64,000 bases of DNA from a bacterium (GTDB taxonomy: Bacteria; Zhuqueibacterota; Zhuqueibacteria; Residuimicrobiales; Krinioviventaceae): assembly GCA_963693055.1 (NCBI GenBank), contig OY843751.1:2112001-2176000 (forward strand). The letters are read 5' to 3'. The translations under genes and the position numbers were made by a program. Shown here piece by piece: positions 53,106-62,955 of this stretch. Every line of letters starts with the position of its first letter. Position 1 is the stretch's first letter. Under the pieces are notes generated by a model. That model was given only the letters and a program-made list of their open reading frames with translations. It had not been told where the DNA came from and did no database searches.

Positions 53106-54866
53106 ATGATGGCCGACGAGAAAAATTTAATAAATGCAGAAGTTGTCGCAGTTTACCCTAATAAAGTTAAAATTTCAATTGATGATTTGAACAAGTTTAT
53201 AAAAATTGATGATCAAGTTGAAAAGTTAAAAGTTGGATCATATTTGGAAATTGCAGATGACGAAAATCATAAGCTAATTGCAATTATTGAGAGTTATTCC
53301 ATAGTTATAGATGAAAATAAGGAAAATAAACGATCTTATATTATTGAAGCAAATCCGCTTGGTATTATTGAAAATAAAAAGTTTTCACGTGGGGGTGATT
53401 CATTAACAATTCCGCCTACAAAAGTACAGCCAGCAAAGCAGGATGATATAGATGCAATTTTTAATTCGCAGATTACCGATAAAGAAAGATTTTGTTTCTC
53501 AAAATTAGCTCAAAATGAAAAGATAGAAACGCCTGTAAATGGCAATAGATTTTTTAATAAGCATTTTGCAATTGTTGGTTCAACTGGATCAGGGAAATCT
53601 CATACCGTTGCAAAAGTTCTTCAGGAAGCCATAAATAAGAAGAAAGATCAATTTGATGATTTGAATAATTCACATATTATATTATTTGATATTCATGGTG
53701 AATATAAAAGGGCTTTTCCTAAATGTAATTACTTGCAGGCTGAAAATTTAACTTTGCCATATTGGATGTTAAATGAATCAGAACTTGAAGAATTATTCCT
53801 AGATACTGGAGATAGAAATAATTATAACCAATCCTCTATTTTAAGACGAACAATCATTGAAAACAAGAAAAAACATAATCAAGGTGATAAAATTCATTTT
53901 GGAACACCGGTTAAATTTGATGTTGATGAAGTCTATAATTGTTTATACAATTTTCAACATGAGACAGTAGATGCTAATAGTAATTTATGTGTAAAAAAGG
54001 TGGAAGAAGATATCCTTTGTGATAATATCGAAGATAAATATAAAAAGTTCTTTCCAGAAAGAATAGATTTTAAAGTTCCAGTAAGGTCACAAATTAAAAA
54101 TGGTATTTTCGCTGATGGAACATTAGATAAATTTATTGATAGGTTTGAGAATAAAATTTATAATAAAAGATTAGATTTCTTATTTGGACAAGATTCTCGA
54201 GATGCTTCATTTGAAGATACCATGAAACAATTTGTTGGTTATAAAATTGATGAATCAAAAGAAGATAATAATATTACCATAATTGATTTAGGTGGTGTAC
54301 CATTTGAAGTATTAAGTATTACGGTTTCATTAATAACTCGGATACTTTTTGAATTTGGTTTTTATTTTAAAAAATATCTTGAAAATAATGATAATGATTG
54401 TGAAACTCCTTTATTATTAATTTATGAAGAAGCACATAATTATGTTCCTAAAAGTGAATTAGCAAAATATCGTGCCTCAAAAAATGCCATTGAGAGGATT
54501 GCAAAAGAAGGTCGAAAATATGGTGTAACACTTGGAATTGTGAGTCAAAGACCTTCAGAAATTTCAGAGACCATTTTTTCACAGTGTAATACTTTTATTG
54601 CCATGCGACTAACAAATCCAGATGATCAAAATTATGTAAAAAGATTACTCCCAGATTCAATGGGTAACATTACTGAAGCTTTACCATCATTGAAAACAGG
54701 GGAAGCATTATTAATTGGTGAGTCTATAGAAATGCCGTGTATTGTTAAAATTGACAAGTGTGATAAATATAAACCATCTTCCAATGACATTGATTATATT
54801 GAAATATGGCAAGAACAATGGAAAAATGTTGATTTTGCAAAAATTGTTGAAGAATGGAAAAAATAA
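53106..54866 (+). CDS. HerA/FtsK-like ATPase (DUF87), defence-associated
   Basis: GSTGSGKS, FDIHGEY, LIYEEAH, ERIAKEGRKYG, SQRPSE; RBS AGGAG. Confidence 0.92.
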   Translation: MMADEKNLINAEVVAVYPNKVKISIDDLNKFIKIDDQVEKLKVGSYLEIADDENHKLIAIIESYSIVIDENKENKRSYIIEANPLGIIENKKFSRGGDSLTIPPTKVQPAKQDDIDAIFNSQITDKERFCFSKLAQNEKIETPVNGNRFFNKHFAIVGSTGSGKSHTVAKVLQEAINKKKDQFDDLNNSHIILFDIHGEYKRAFPKCNYLQAENLTLPYWMLNESELEELFLDTGDRNNYNQSSILRRTIIENKKKHNQGDKIHFGTPVKFDVDEVYNCLYNFQHETVDANSNLCVKKVEEDILCDNIEDKYKKFFPERIDFKVPVRSQIKNGIFADGTLDKFIDRFENKIYNKRLDFLFGQDSRDASFEDTMKQFVGYKIDESKEDNNITIIDLGGVPFEVLSITVSLITRILFEFGFYFKKYLENNDNDCETPLLLIYEEAHNYVPKSELAKYRASKNAIERIAKEGRKYGVTLGIVSQRPSEISETIFSQCNTFIAMRLTNPDDQNYVKRLLPDSMGNITEALPSLKTGEALLIGESIEMPCIVKIDKCDKYKPSSNDIDYIEIWQEQWKNVDFAKIVEEWKK

Positions 54867-54881
54867 TTTCATGACAAAAAA

Positions 54882-55280
54882 ACCGAATCCCAAATCGACC
54901 AATTCGCCATCGAGCATCTGAAGCACCAGGTGGAAAATCTTGTAATCAATATTATAAAGGTTTAGCATGGATGATTTAACAAATGACCAGTCTCGTTTTT
55001 TATTTTATACAAATCAAGATGGAACAATTAATATAGATGTTGTTATACAGAATGAATCCGTTTGGCTTACTCAACAAACCATAGCTACATTGTTCGGAGT
55101 TGGAAGACCAGCTATTACAAAATATTTGAAAAATATAATTGATTCGGGTGAACTGCAACAGGATTCAGTATGTTCCATTTTGGAACCTACTGAAATTTGT
55201 GATAATAATGATCGATTGACCGAGCAAAAAGATGAAACATAAAATCACCGAATCCCAAATCGAACAATTCGCCATCGAGC
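54882..55280 (+). repeat. 34-bp direct repeat of the hsdR 5' end
   Basis: ACCGAATCCCAAATCGA(C/A)CAATTCGCCATCGAGC at 54882-54915 and 55247-55280. Confidence 0.9.
54967..55242 (+). pseudogene. Truncated RhuM-like DNA-binding protein
   Basis: ESVWLTQQTIATLFGVGRPAITKYLKNI..SGEL..DSVCSILE, then diverges. Confidence 0.75.
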
Positions 55281-58200
55281 TGCTGGAAAAACAGGGCTTT
55301 GAATATATCTATGCGCCTGATATTGCCCCGGACAGTGACGCACCGGAACGACAATCCTTTGAAGAGGTGCTGCTGCTGGACCGTCTGCGCAATGCTGTCA
55401 ACCGCATCAATCCATTCATTCCCTCAGATGTTAGGGAAGACGCCATCAAACAGATCCAGCGTCTGGTTTCACCTGAACTCATTGCCAATAATGAAACCTT
55501 TCACCGTATGCTTACAGAAGGCATAAAGGTCACGTATCAAAAAGACCTGCCTGCGTCCGCAGGACAGGCAGGGGGGCGCGAACAACGCGGTGACCTGGTC
55601 TGGCTCATTGATTTCCACAATCCGGATAACAATGATTTTGTGGTGGCCAACCAGTTTACCGTTATCGAGAACAATGTCAATAAACGTCCTGATGTGATCT
55701 TGTTTGTTAACGGCATTCCCCTGGTGGTGATCGAGCTCAAGAACGCGGCTGATGAAAACGCCAATGTCAAATCGGCATTTAAACAGATGCAAACCTACAA
55801 GCAGGAAATTCCCAGCTTGTTTACCTATAACGGATTCATGATCATCTCTGACGGTTTGGAGGCCAGGGCCGGTACCATCTCGGCCGGATTCGCCCGCTTT
55901 ATGGCCTGGAAAACATCGGACGGCAAGGTAGAGGCTTCGCCGCTCATCGGCCAGTTGGAAACCCTCATCAAAGGCATGCTGCAAAAAGAGACCCTGCTCG
56001 ACCTGGTCCGTCATTTCATCGTGTTTGAAAAATCCAAAAAAGAGGACCGCAAAACCGGTGTCATCACCATCGAGACTTTGAAAAAGCTGGCAGCCTATCA
56101 TCAATACTATGCGGTGAACCGGGCAGTGGAATCCACGTTGAGAGCATCGGCATATCTTGAACCAAATACTGATAGTAACAAGGTTAAGGAATCTCCGGCT
56201 TCTTATGGCGTGCCCGGTGTGGATGCTCAACCTGTAGGAGACCGCAAGGGAGGCGTGGTCTGGCATACTCAGGGCAGCGGCAAGTCCTTGTCCATGGTAT
56301 TCTATACCGGCAAAGTTGTGCTGGCTATGGAGAATCCCACCGTGGTTGTTATCACGGACAGAAACGACCTGGATGATCAATTATACGATACCTTTGCCGC
56401 CTCCAAGCAGCTCCTCAGGCAGGAGCCGGTGCAGGCGAAAACGAGGGACCATTTAAAAGACCTGCTCACAGTTGCATCCGGTGGCGTGGTCTTTACCACC
56501 ATCCAGAAATTTTCTCCTAATGAAGGCAATGTATACGAGACCTTGTCCCACCGTGGGAATATTGTGGTCATTGCGGATGAAGCGCACCGCACCCAGTATG
56601 GCTTTCATGCCAAGACCATTGATGCCAAAGACGAGAGCGGCAAGGTGGTTGGTAAAAAGATCGTTTATGGGTTTGCCAAGTATATGCGTGATGCTTTGCC
56701 CAACGCAACCTATCTGGGATTCACCGGTACTCCCATTGAAAGCACGGATGTGAATACCCCTGCGGTTTTCGGCAACTATATCGATGTGTATGACATCCTG
56801 CAGGCGGTTGAGGACAAGGCAACCGTTCCTATTTACTATGAGAGCCGACTCGCTAAAATCAACCTGAGTGAAGAAGGCAAAAAGCTGATAGATGAGCTGG
56901 ATAAAGAACTGAAAGAGGATGACCTCACCGACAGTCAGCAGGCCAAAGCCAAATGGACACAGCTTGAAGCGCTCATTGGCAGCCATGATCGCATTAAACG
57001 GGTTGCTCAGGATGTTGTTGCCCATATTGAAGAACGCCAAAAAGTGTTTGCGGGCAAGGCCATGATCGTTGCAATGTCCCGCAGGATTGCTGCGGAACTG
57101 TACAAAGAGATTATAGCAATCAGACCCGAGTGGCATGATGATGATTTGAAAAAAGGAATGATCAAGGTGGTCATGACTTCCTCATCTGCTGACGGTCCCG
57201 AGATCGCCAGACACTATACATCCAAAGAACAGAGACGTTATTTGTCAGACCGTATGAAAGATGTCGATGATGAACTGAAACTGGTGATCGTCCGGGATAT
57301 GTGGCTCACCGGATTTGATGTGCCCTGTATGCATACCCTGTACATCGACAAACCCATGAAGGGCCACAACCTGATGCAGGCCATTGCACGGGTGAACCGC
57401 GTTTATCATGATAAAAAAGGCGGTCTCATAGTGGATTACCTTGGCATTGCATCAGACCTCAAAAAAGCATTGTCCTTTTACTCGGACAGCGGTGGCAAGG
57501 GTGATCCAGTTATTGCGCAGGAAGAAGCCGTACAGATAATGTTGGAAAAGCTGGAAATCGTTACCCAAATGTATCATGGATTTGCCTATGAAGATTATTT
57601 TGAAGCAGATACCGGCAAAAAGCTCTCCATGATCCTTGCTTCAGAAAACCACATCTTGGGCCTGGAGGATGGCAGGAAGCGATACATCAATGAAGTCACT
57701 GGGTTGTCCCAAGCTTTTTCTATTGCTGTGCCTCATGAACAGGCAATGGATGTTAAGGATGAGGTATCTTTTTTTCAGGCAGTCAAAGCCAGGCTGGTGA
57801 AATATGAAAGTACCGGCAACGGCAAAACCGATGAAGAAGTAGAGACCGTCATCCGGCAGGTAATCGACCAGGCGCTGGTGAGCGAACAGGTCATTGATGT
57901 GTTTGATGCTGCCGGAATCAAGAAACCGGACATCTCGATCCTGTCGGAAGAGTTTCTGCTCGAAGTCAAAAATATGAAACACAAGAACATTGCCATTGAA
58001 GTACTGAAAAAACTGCTCAATGACGAAATCAAATCCCGTATGAAAACGAACCTGGTCCAGAGCAAATCGCTCATGGAAATGCTGGAAAGCTCGATCCAGA
58101 AATATCATAACAAGATCCTGACTGCTGCAGAGTTTATGGAGCATCTCATCGAGTTGGGCAAGCATATCCAAAATGCCGACAAAGAGCCGGAAGAAATGGG

Positions 58201-58486
58201 ACTCTCTGAATTTGAATACGCTTTTTACACTGCAATCGCCAATAACGACAGTGCGCGTGAACTGATGCAAAAGGACAAGCTCCGCGAGCTGGCAGTGGTT
58301 CTGTTTGAAAAAGTAAAAGCCAACGCCTCCATCGACTGGACCATCAAAGAGAGTGTAAAATCCAGGCTCAAGGTTATTGTCAAGCGCACGCTCCGGCAGT
58401 ACGGTTATCCACCGGACATGCAAAAACTCGCCACCGAAACCGTACTCAAACAAGCCGAGATGATAGCGGAGGAGTTGGTGGGGTAA
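55232..58486 (+). CDS. hsdR: Type I restriction endonuclease subunit R
   Basis: RPDVILFVNGIPLVVIELK, WHTQGSGKS, DEAHR, FTGTP, TGFDVP, QAIARVNR. Confidence 0.97.
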   Translation: MKHKITESQIEQFAIELLEKQGFEYIYAPDIAPDSDAPERQSFEEVLLLDRLRNAVNRINPFIPSDVREDAIKQIQRLVSPELIANNETFHRMLTEGIKVTYQKDLPASAGQAGGREQRGDLVWLIDFHNPDNNDFVVANQFTVIENNVNKRPDVILFVNGIPLVVIELKNAADENANVKSAFKQMQTYKQEIPSLFTYNGFMIISDGLEARAGTISAGFARFMAWKTSDGKVEASPLIGQLETLIKGMLQKETLLDLVRHFIVFEKSKKEDRKTGVITIETLKKLAAYHQYYAVNRAVESTLRASAYLEPNTDSNKVKESPASYGVPGVDAQPVGDRKGGVVWHTQGSGKSLSMVFYTGKVVLAMENPTVVVITDRNDLDDQLYDTFAASKQLLRQEPVQAKTRDHLKDLLTVASGGVVFTTIQKFSPNEGNVYETLSHRGNIVVIADEAHRTQYGFHAKTIDAKDESGKVVGKKIVYGFAKYMRDALPNATYLGFTGTPIESTDVNTPAVFGNYIDVYDILQAVEDKATVPIYYESRLAKINLSEEGKKLIDELDKELKEDDLTDSQQAKAKWTQLEALIGSHDRIKRVAQDVVAHIEERQKVFAGKAMIVAMSRRIAAELYKEIIAIRPEWHDDDLKKGMIKVVMTSSSADGPEIARHYTSKEQRRYLSDRMKDVDDELKLVIVRDMWLTGFDVPCMHTLYIDKPMKGHNLMQAIARVNRVYHDKKGGLIVDYLGIASDLKKALSFYSDSGGKGDPVIAQEEAVQIMLEKLEIVTQMYHGFAYEDYFEADTGKKLSMILASENHILGLEDGRKRYINEVTGLSQAFSIAVPHEQAMDVKDEVSFFQAVKARLVKYESTGNGKTDEEVETVIRQVIDQALVSEQVIDVFDAAGIKKPDISILSEEFLLEVKNMKHKNIAIEVLKKLLNDEIKSRMKTNLVQSKSLMEMLESSIQKYHNKILTAAEFMEHLIELGKHIQNADKEPEEMGLSEFEYAFYTAIANNDSARELMQKDKLRELAVVLFEKVKANASIDWTIKESVKSRLKVIVKRTLRQYGYPPDMQKLATETVLKQAEMIAEELVG
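55546..55572. repeat. 27-bp palindromic in-frame insertion in hsdR
   Basis: CCTGCCTG-CGTCCGCAGGA-CAGGCAGG encoding LPASAGQAG. Confidence 0.75.
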
Positions 58487-58573
58487 TAATCAGAAAATGA
58501 ATTTATATCAATATAATATAGAATAGAGTATTAAAGAAAGGTGTCATAAATATAAATGAAAATGGAGGTATAA

Positions 58574-59722
58574 ATGATTTCGAAAATTTTTAAAAAAGTT
58601 TTTAAATTTATTTTTCCTGATGATGCTCCTACTGAAAAAATTCCATTACTTTATTATCATATCTTTAAATTATATAGATTTTTTAAAAGTATAATTATTG
58701 TATCATTGATTCCGAAATCAATAGAGATTATTGTTTCTTATTTATCCCCTGCTTGGTCGTGCAATTTGGATAAAAAAGATACCGATAAGATTCTAAACAA
58801 ATCATTTTATATTGTGAGTTTTTTAGTTTTTATCTTGACACTTGTTGTTCAAGGTCTTTGGTCTTTTGGGGAAGGCACATTTAGAGGATCAAATAATGAT
58901 ATATTTTATTTTTGGGATGACAAATTAAATATTTTAAATTATTTTTTTATTGTTCCATTATATATGGCATTGGGTATCCGTTTGGTTTCATTAACAATAG
59001 ACGGGTTTGGTTTTATTACGAATTTTTTTAATAGAGATGAATTATCAGATAAAAAAATGACTAAACCAAAAGGCTCAATTATATATTTATTTTTTTTTAT
59101 AATTGTACTCTCTATCGCAATAACTATTAATTACATGCATGAAATATTAGACACATCATTATATTTACAACATTTTTGGTGTATCACAAAAATATCATCA
59201 TCAGGAGAAAGAATATTTTCGGGTTTGGGGATTTACTATACTTTATTAACCTATAATCTACTCTTAGTAAGCTTGTTTGTTGTAATATCTTATCTCTCAA
59301 TATTTTTAATTACAATAAATTATGGCAGTAAAATTAAAAATGAAAAAATATTAGACACGATTTCTTTATCTGAATTTAAGGGAAGATTGTCTTATTTTGT
59401 TAATATCAATTTAGTAGCAAAAGCAATTGCAGCAATTTATATGTTGAATGCATTAACTTGGAAATATCAATCAACATTAGCAAATAAAGATACTTTAAAT
59501 TTACAGTTGTTTGTAATAGCGTTAGCTTTTTTAGGATTATTTGTTATTTCAATCCCTCGATACTATATTGAACTTGAAATATATAGTTATCAGGTTTCAA
59601 AAGTAGGAGAGCCCAATAATGTAGTTTATAATGATTTACGACCACGTAATGTTAAGATTATTACTAATGTATTAGATTGGACAATAATTGCAATTTTCAC
59701 TAAAGTATTCTTTTCAATATGA
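58574..59722 (+). CDS. AT-rich multi-pass membrane protein
   Basis: Several hydrophobic helices; RBS GGAGG. Confidence 0.65.
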   Translation: MISKIFKKVFKFIFPDDAPTEKIPLLYYHIFKLYRFFKSIIIVSLIPKSIEIIVSYLSPAWSCNLDKKDTDKILNKSFYIVSFLVFILTLVVQGLWSFGEGTFRGSNNDIFYFWDDKLNILNYFFIVPLYMALGIRLVSLTIDGFGFITNFFNRDELSDKKMTKPKGSIIYLFFFIIVLSIAITINYMHEILDTSLYLQHFWCITKISSSGERIFSGLGIYYTLLTYNLLLVSLFVVISYLSIFLITINYGSKIKNEKILDTISLSEFKGRLSYFVNINLVAKAIAAIYMLNALTWKYQSTLANKDTLNLQLFVIALAFLGLFVISIPRYYIELEIYSYQVSKVGEPNNVVYNDLRPRNVKIITNVLDWTIIAIFTKVFFSI

Positions 59723-60588
59723 TTAAAAAAACAAATTATAAATTATTCATTATTTTCCTATTATTCATTTCTTGTTCTCATTCGATTAAACAATTAACAA
59801 AACCCACTTTATCAGAGTTGCAAACTCCTGGTAGAGTTTTGTTAGTTGTAGCACATCAGGATGATGAAGTTTTTATTGCTTCCAGATTAAAATCCCATAT
59901 TGATCTGGGTGATACTTTGATGATTGTTTGGACTGCAATTTCAACTCAAAAAAATTTAGAATATGCTAATAGAAGAATTGATGAATCATTGTTAGGAGCA
60001 AAAACATTTTTAGACTTGTCAGATTCATCTTTAATATTCTTAAAATATGAGGATGGAAAAACATTTGAAAATATTGATGAAATATATGTTAAGATAAAAA
60101 GTGTAATAGAAAAATTTCATCCAAATATAATATATGTACCAGCTTATGAACTTGGTCATGTTGATCATGATGTTGCACACATAAGTACGGTTTTAGCACA
60201 TAATAAATTAAACTACAATTCTAAAATCTATGAATTCCCAATGTATAGTGCATATCATCTTTCAAGAATTTTTCCATTTAAAATGAGAAATTCCCCTCCT
60301 GATTATCATACAAGGTATAGAATTTTACTGGACTCAGAAAAAAAGTTTGTATTGGATTATTGGAATGTGTTCGATAGTCAACATTTTCCATTAGACTGGT
60401 ATATAAGATTTATTAGTAGTAGGAATAAAACTTTTGGAGTAGAGTATATTCGTAAAGTACCTGATTATGATTATTCAAAAAAACCTCCCGAATATGATAA
60501 TATTGCTTATGAAAGATTTTTGAATAATGTTAAATATCAAGATTTTTCAATACAGGTTGAAAAGTTGTTGAGTATTATTGGAAATTAG
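59719..60588 (+). CDS. PIG-L/LmbE-family deacetylase lipoprotein
   Basis: VAHQDDE and GHVDHD motifs; lipobox FISC. Confidence 0.85.
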   Translation: MIKKTNYKLFIIFLLFISCSHSIKQLTKPTLSELQTPGRVLLVVAHQDDEVFIASRLKSHIDLGDTLMIVWTAISTQKNLEYANRRIDESLLGAKTFLDLSDSSLIFLKYEDGKTFENIDEIYVKIKSVIEKFHPNIIYVPAYELGHVDHDVAHISTVLAHNKLNYNSKIYEFPMYSAYHLSRIFPFKMRNSPPDYHTRYRILLDSEKKFVLDYWNVFDSQHFPLDWYIRFISSRNKTFGVEYIRKVPDYDYSKKPPEYDNIAYERFLNNVKYQDFSIQVEKLLSIIGN

Positions 60589-60605
60589 TTTAAAGGTGAT
60601 AAACA

Positions 60606-62033
60606 ATGAAACTCAAAATTATTTGTTTTACTTACTGTCTATTTATCTCAATTAATAGTACAAGTTTTTCACAAGATTATTATGCAAATGGTCAGATTTT
60701 TAATGAATTGGATATCGCTCTTGATAGTTTATACATAAACAATGGTTACACTGGGATTTCTACTGCATTTTTATTACCTGATGGTCGTATTTGGACACGA
60801 GCAATAGGATATTCAAATATATCAACTTTAGAGAATCTTGATACATTGATGCTTCTCAGTGGTGCGAGTATTACAAAGACTTTTACTTCTTCTTTAATAC
60901 TCGAGTTATTAAATGAAAATTTTTTGAATTTAAGCGATTCTTTATATCAATGGTTACCTAGTTATAAAAATATTGATACTACTATTACAATTAAACAATT
61001 ATTAAATCATACAAGCGGAATATATGACTATTCTGAAAATGTACTTGGAAAAATATCAATTTTTTTAGATCCAGAAAAAATTTGGAAGCCAGAAGAAATA
61101 TTAGGATTCGTTGAAGAACCGTATTTTGATCCAGGTACTGATTGGAAATACTCTAATACTAATTATATATTATTAGGTATGATAGCAGAAAAAATAATTG
61201 ATAACTCGACAGTGTCAAATGAATTAAGACAAAGATTCTTTAATAAATATAATTTAAATCATACATTTTTTGAAATTAAAGAGGAAATACCGGATTCATT
61301 AAAAATTGCACATGGTTATATCGATGTTAATAATGATGGGATAAAGGATGATATTGAATTCTTTTCAAGAAATGCTATTTATAGTGCGGCTTGGGCAGCT
61401 GGTGCAATAGTTTCTACTCCAAAAGATTTAGTTAATTGGGCCAATTATTTATTTAATGGCAATGTGATAAATCAAAATTTACTAGATAAAATGATTGATT
61501 TTGAACCTGTTGATTTGCCTGAATCTTCACACATTATTGGTTATGGACTTGGGCTAATGCAATACAACATAAATAATTACGAATTTTGGGGGCACAGTGG
61601 AAATATACCTGGTTTTACTAGTGAATTGGTATATTCACCCGAGTTGGAAATTATTTTATGTGTATTGATTAATGAAAATGATGCAAATATAAATTATATA
61701 ACAAAGACTCTTGTTTCTACATTTACTAGTTTCAATACATCAATAAATAGATACGAAAGTAAAAATATTTCTAATTTTGAAATGTTAAATACCTATCCAA
61801 ATCCATTCAATCCTTTAACACATATTGTTTTTAAAAATTCAATCATGTCAAATGTAGCAATATCTATTTATAATCTAAAGGGACAACTTGTAGAAATTGT
61901 TTATGATCAGCAAACACCAGTAGGAACTCACAACGTGTTGTGGAATGCAAGCGAACAACCATCGGGTACCTATTTTATTAAGATGATTGCAGGTGAATTT
62001 CAGCAAATCCAAAAATGTATATTGATAAAATAA
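60606..62033 (+). CDS. Serine hydrolase (class C beta-lactamase/D,D-peptidase fold) with T9SS-type/FlgD-like C-terminal domain
   Basis: SITK (SxxK), LLNHTSG, YSN, GHSG; C-terminal YPNPFNP...IYNLKGQ...SGTYFI. Confidence 0.88.
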   Translation: MKLKIICFTYCLFISINSTSFSQDYYANGQIFNELDIALDSLYINNGYTGISTAFLLPDGRIWTRAIGYSNISTLENLDTLMLLSGASITKTFTSSLILELLNENFLNLSDSLYQWLPSYKNIDTTITIKQLLNHTSGIYDYSENVLGKISIFLDPEKIWKPEEILGFVEEPYFDPGTDWKYSNTNYILLGMIAEKIIDNSTVSNELRQRFFNKYNLNHTFFEIKEEIPDSLKIAHGYIDVNNDGIKDDIEFFSRNAIYSAAWAAGAIVSTPKDLVNWANYLFNGNVINQNLLDKMIDFEPVDLPESSHIIGYGLGLMQYNINNYEFWGHSGNIPGFTSELVYSPELEIILCVLINENDANINYITKTLVSTFTSFNTSINRYESKNISNFEMLNTYPNPFNPLTHIVFKNSIMSNVAISIYNLKGQLVEIVYDQQTPVGTHNVLWNASEQPSGTYFIKMIAGEFQQIQKCILIK

Positions 62034-62053
62034 GGAAAATTTTCCGGTAGGTT

Positions 62054-62082
62054 TTGGAAAAAAGGCGGTTATTTCATATAGT
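62054..62082 (+). promoter_or_regulatory. Candidate internal promoter of the element
   Basis: TTGGAA-N17-TATAGT. Confidence 0.45.
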
Positions 62083-62138
62083 ATTTAAAGGAAGTAACCG
62101 GAAGTCAAACAAGGATTTCAAAACTTACCGGAGGACAA

Positions 62139-62939
62139 ATGTACAATACTCGTAGTAGTTTGTATGACAGGATATTAGAAAAAACACCCGAGCAAGTATT
62201 CATCAATTCTTTACGAAAGGAATTTGAATTATCACCGGCAGAAAGTAAAGGGATATTGGATCTGGCAAAACAGTGTTTATTTGGCGAGGTTCCCCAGACA
62301 GTTGGTAAAATAAAATATATCTGCGCATCCACAAATGCAAAACATGGCAAGCCCCTGGGTGAGCAGGAATTGAAAGAAGTAGAGTTAACACTGGATGCTG
62401 GTGTAGAAGATTTAAATGTATTAAAGGAAAGCGGTCCCAAAGCATTACGGCAGCTAAAGGTATTGCGATTGACTGAAGAAGCCTGGGGCCAGGAAGGTTC
62501 TTTGACACAAGAGGATTTGGCCTGGATCCTCCAGGTTACGAGTCGCACTGTACGCCAGGATATAAAGGCATTGCAGGCAGACGGCAATTTTGTTCACACA
62601 CGCGGAACAGACCATGACATCGGTCGGAACTTGTCACACAAAAGCCGCATTATTGAACTGTATTTGCAGGGTGACACATACGATGCAATTATTCGTAAAA
62701 GTCGTCATAGTGCATTTTCAATAAAGCGATATGTGTGCAGCTTTGGCAGGCTATTACTTTTATTGAATCATGGTATGCAAGATATCAAGGAGATCAGTCG
62801 GTTATTAGGCCAAAGTGAGCGTTTGACCCGTGAATATCTGGATATTTTTGAGCATCATAAACAGGGTGACAAATGGCCGTCGATCTATGTAGAGTTATTG
62901 GACCAATTAAAGGTGTTATACCCCTCGAAAAAAAAATAA
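62139..62939 (+). CDS. DUF1670-like protein A
   Basis: LTEEAWGQEGSLTQEDLAWIL...TRGTDHDIG..SHK..I..LY..G...HS..SIKRY; RBS GGAGG. Confidence 0.8.
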   Translation: MYNTRSSLYDRILEKTPEQVFINSLRKEFELSPAESKGILDLAKQCLFGEVPQTVGKIKYICASTNAKHGKPLGEQELKEVELTLDAGVEDLNVLKESGPKALRQLKVLRLTEEAWGQEGSLTQEDLAWILQVTSRTVRQDIKALQADGNFVHTRGTDHDIGRNLSHKSRIIELYLQGDTYDAIIRKSRHSAFSIKRYVCSFGRLLLLLNHGMQDIKEISRLLGQSERLTREYLDIFEHHKQGDKWPSIYVELLDQLKVLYPSKKK

Positions 62940-62955
62940 ACCAAGGAGGGGAACG

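Noticed and set aside
55469-58453. Long antisense ORFs (303, 227, 270 aa) opposite hsdR, and similar ones opposite hsdM and the DoxX fusion
   Set aside because: Shadow ORFs caused by codon bias of real genes; no motifs.
60606-62033. Bona fide beta-lactam resistance gene
   Set aside because: SxxK, YxN and HxG motifs are shared with esterases and D,D-peptidases; activity cannot be assigned from sequence.
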